A program made the translations under genes and the position numbers. Source: Candidatus Nanosynbacter sp. BB002 (GTDB taxonomy: Bacteria; Patescibacteriota; Saccharimonadia; Saccharimonadales; Saccharimonadaceae). From it: DNA of 32,000 bases. The notes below the pieces were generated by a model. The model was not told the DNA's origin. It worked only from the letters and a program-made list of their open reading frames with translations, and did not search any database. The stretch covers positions 150,001 through 182,000 of the forward strand of contig NZ_CP146064.1 in the NCBI RefSeq assembly GCF_037013405.1. Reading direction: 5' to 3'. Shown piece by piece: positions 29,783 to 32,000 of this stretch. Each line of letters starts with the position of its first letter. Within the stretch, counting starts at the first letter, position 1.

Positions 29783-30946
29783 ATGGTCGTGTTGGGTGTT
29801 GTAATTGGGCTGTTGGTTTTAGTCTTTTTGGTGGCCATCCATGAGCTTGGTCATGCTATTGTGGCGAAACGCAATGGCGTGAAAGTGGAGGAATATGGCA
29901 TTGGTTTTCCGCCACGAGCAAAAAAATGGCAGCCAAAGCAAAGCTTTTTGGGCAAGAATGTTGTGTTTAGCTTGAATTGGTTGCCACTGGGTGGCTTTGT
30001 GAAGCTTAAAGGTGAGTATGACTCAGCTCGTGGCAAAGGTGCGTATGGAGCTGCGGGGTATTGGGTTAAAACGAAAATATTGCTAGCAGGTGTATTGATC
30101 AATTGGCTGGCGGCTGTAGTGTTATTTGCGGTGTTGGCTGTGTTCGGGTTGCCTAAAATATTACCAAACCAAGTGATGTTGCCGTTTGATAATACATCTG
30201 TTAAAACACCAGTTAAGATTGTTCGTCTCACCGATGGCTCGCCAGCGGCACAAGTTGGCCTGCGAGTTAATGATGAAATTATAGCTATGAACGAAAAAAC
30301 AATTAGTACTTCAGCCCAACTTTCTGAAGCGACGCAGCAGTCTTCTGGGCAGACCGTAAATATTGAAGTGAAACGAAACAGTCAGACACTACATTTTCGA
30401 ACAACGCTACTCAGTCGTGATCAGGCAAAAAATGGTGGCTATCTGGGGGTTGTGCCACATCAGTCAGAGACTATCCATGCGACATGGTCGGCGCCACTAG
30501 TGGGCGTTGCAACAACGGTGCAGCTAACTCATGAAACGCTGAAGGGCGTTGGCTCTATGATAGTACAGGGAATTGGCGGCTTCTTTGGACAATTTATTGG
30601 TTCACCAGAACAGAAGCAGGCAGCTAAGGCTGATTTGGCAAAGGTGGGTAATAACGTGGCAGGTCCAGTTGGTATCTTGGGTGTACTATTTCCATCAGTT
30701 GTTAATTCTGGATTGACGCAGGTGCTACTGTTGGCGGCAATCATCTCTTTGACGCTGGCAGTGATGAATATTTTGCCAATCCCAGCACTTGATGGCGGGC
30801 GTTGGTTTACCATGACGATTTTTAGATTGTTGAAGAAGCCGTTGACCAAAGATCGCGAAGAAACGATTCAAGCGACTGGCTTTTTGATTTTAATGGCATT
30901 AACAATAGTGGTAACGTGGAATGATATCGCAAAATTATTCTCATAA
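29783..30946 (+). CDS. rseP: RIP site-2 metalloprotease RseP (M50 family)
   Basis: HELGHAIVA (HExxH) in TM1, a central PDZ (GSPAAQVGLRVNDEIIAMN), and NILPIPALDGG. Confidence 0.88.
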   Translation: MVVLGVVIGLLVLVFLVAIHELGHAIVAKRNGVKVEEYGIGFPPRAKKWQPKQSFLGKNVVFSLNWLPLGGFVKLKGEYDSARGKGAYGAAGYWVKTKILLAGVLINWLAAVVLFAVLAVFGLPKILPNQVMLPFDNTSVKTPVKIVRLTDGSPAAQVGLRVNDEIIAMNEKTISTSAQLSEATQQSSGQTVNIEVKRNSQTLHFRTTLLSRDQAKNGGYLGVVPHQSETIHATWSAPLVGVATTVQLTHETLKGVGSMIVQGIGGFFGQFIGSPEQKQAAKADLAKVGNNVAGPVGILGVLFPSVVNSGLTQVLLLAAIISLTLAVMNILPIPALDGGRWFTMTIFRLLKKPLTKDREETIQATGFLILMALTIVVTWNDIAKLFS

Positions 30947-31739
30947 GCATAAGAGCAAAAAATTAGTACAGCTCAAAAAGAACTGGCTGTGGTGCTTGAT
31001 TTTGCCTGTTTGGGCGTACGCATCGTTCATGGTGTCAGGTCTACTGGTTTCGTTGGTAGTGTGGTTGTTGGTGCAGGCGGGTGTGCCGCTCAAGAGTGTA
31101 CCGTCGGTTTTGTTGACAACTGGTGTTTCGGTGGTCGTGTGGATAATCACGGTAGTTATGGTCACTATGGTGCCGTATTGGCTATTTAGGCGTAAGTCGA
31201 GCATCAAAGACCTTGGTGTCACTGGTAAACCAGCATGGCTGGACCTGGTTATACCCGTACCGACTTTTGCTGCGTATTTTATTTGTTCCATCATGATGGC
31301 GGCATTGGCAGTAACGTTTTTGAATGTTGATTTTAAGCAAACACAACAGTTGCCTTTTGATACGACAACATTGTATTCACAGGCTCAGTACGCCATGATC
31401 TTTTTCACACTGGTGGTATTGGCGCCCTTGGCAGAGGAGCTGCTATTTCGCGGGTACCTATACACGAAATTGCGCAAGACAACCTCAGTAAAAGTCTCGG
31501 TCATCATCACCAGTCTCACGTTCGGTTTGGCGCATTTGGCAATTGGCAGTGAAAACTTGCAGTGGAATGTCGTACTAGACACCTTTGTGCTCAGCATATT
31601 TTCGTGTTTGTTACGGGAATACACTGGGGCGGTTTGGGCAAGTGTAGTGCTGCACGCCATCAAAAACAGTTTGGCGTTTTATCTGTTGTTTATCAATCCA
31701 ATTACTATTCACAGTACTGTTGGAATATTATTTACGTAA
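30921..31739 (+). CDS. CPBP-family intramembrane metalloprotease (CAAX protease-like)
   Basis: EELLFRGYLY (EExxxR), FGLAH (FxxxH) and HAIKN (HxxxN) within TM helices. Overlaps the rseP 3' end by 26 nt if ATG 30921 is the start. Confidence 0.8.
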   Translation: MISQNYSHKHKSKKLVQLKKNWLWCLILPVWAYASFMVSGLLVSLVVWLLVQAGVPLKSVPSVLLTTGVSVVVWIITVVMVTMVPYWLFRRKSSIKDLGVTGKPAWLDLVIPVPTFAAYFICSIMMAALAVTFLNVDFKQTQQLPFDTTTLYSQAQYAMIFFTLVVLAPLAEELLFRGYLYTKLRKTTSVKVSVIITSLTFGLAHLAIGSENLQWNVVLDTFVLSIFSCLLREYTGAVWASVVLHAIKNSLAFYLLFINPITIHSTVGILFT

Positions 31740-31752
31740 AGGAGTTTGACGT

Positions 31753-32000
31753 ATGAGAATGAGCCAATTATTTACCAAAACCAGCAAAACTGCGCCAAGT
31801 GACGAGATGGCGAAGAATGCTCAGTTGTTGATCCAGGCTGGTTATGTTCACAAAACGATGGCTGGTGTATACTCGTACACCCCCTTAGGACTGCGCGTGC
31901 TGGAGAACATTAAGCGCATTGTGCGAGAAGAAATGAACGCGATCGACAGCCAAGAGCTCATCATGAGCAGCCTGCAGCGCAAGGAACTGTGGACAGAGAC
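31753..32000 (+). CDS. proS: Prolyl-tRNA synthetase, N-terminal fragment (runs off the window end)
   Basis: MRMSQLFTKTSKTAPSDEMAKNAQLLIQAGYVHKTMAGVYSYTPLGLRVLENIKRIVREEM matches the conserved ProRS N-terminus. SD GGAG at 31741-31744. Confidence 0.9.
   Translation, partial: MRMSQLFTKTSKTAPSDEMAKNAQLLIQAGYVHKTMAGVYSYTPLGLRVLENIKRIVREEMNAIDSQELIMSSLQRKELWTE

Noticed and set aside
1-32000. CRISPR arrays, IS elements or transposases, integrases, tRNA/rRNA/tmRNA genes, toxin-antitoxin pairs
   Set aside because: No repeat-spacer periodicity, terminal inverted repeats or recombinase motifs were seen in any frame. Every intergenic gap except 4759-5052 and 9615-9940 is under ~150 nt. None shows tRNA-like acceptor or T-arm sequences.

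Overview
Gene-dense bacterial chromosome segment, about 45-48% GC by spot counts on single lines. Neighbouring genes often abut or overlap. I call about 36 CDS and see no rRNA, tRNA, CRISPR array or IS element. Content is mostly housekeeping: a type IV pilin fragment, ftsA-ftsZ-nrdR, a VKOR pair, ileS, galU, rplU, parAB, lepB, htrA, prmC, prfA, ung, rpmE, rpsB-tsf, recF, frr, a polyprenyl synthase, uppS, rseP, a CPBP protease and proS. Short lineage-specific orphan genes are interspersed. The compaction and the loss of pyrH, cdsA and dxr from the conserved rpsB...rseP cluster suggest a reduced-genome Patescibacteria/CPR organism, perhaps Saccharibacteria-like; this is inference only. The standout is ileS (5703-9614, 1303 aa). 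It carries an in-frame, lower-GC insertion of about 900 nt (about 6411-7310), placed just before the WTTTPWT motif that opens the CP1 editing domain. The insertion encodes an LMW-PTP/ArsC-family phosphatase domain (P-loop CNANAARS plus a DP loop) followed by a Nudix hydrolase domain with a near-complete Nudix box. The ileS operon is preceded by a T-box-like leader with a GAA-AUC-A specifier candidate, a stem III hairpin, an antiterminator with a 7-nt UGGUACC bulge, and a competing terminator. A low-GC zinc-ribbon/DUF4145 gene sits between that leader and ileS. Other observations: an NrdR homologue lacking all four zinc-ribbon cysteines; a CXXC-less thioredoxin-fold gene overlapping VKOR; at least 11 genes whose -10 box lies 6-10 nt from the ATG, implying leaderless mRNAs; prfA-prmC split by an opposite-strand HExxH gene; variant catalytic motifs (IleRS HHGT, PrmC NLPY); and a repeat-rich coiled-coil protein. 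All family calls come from motifs read by eye. No database search was run.
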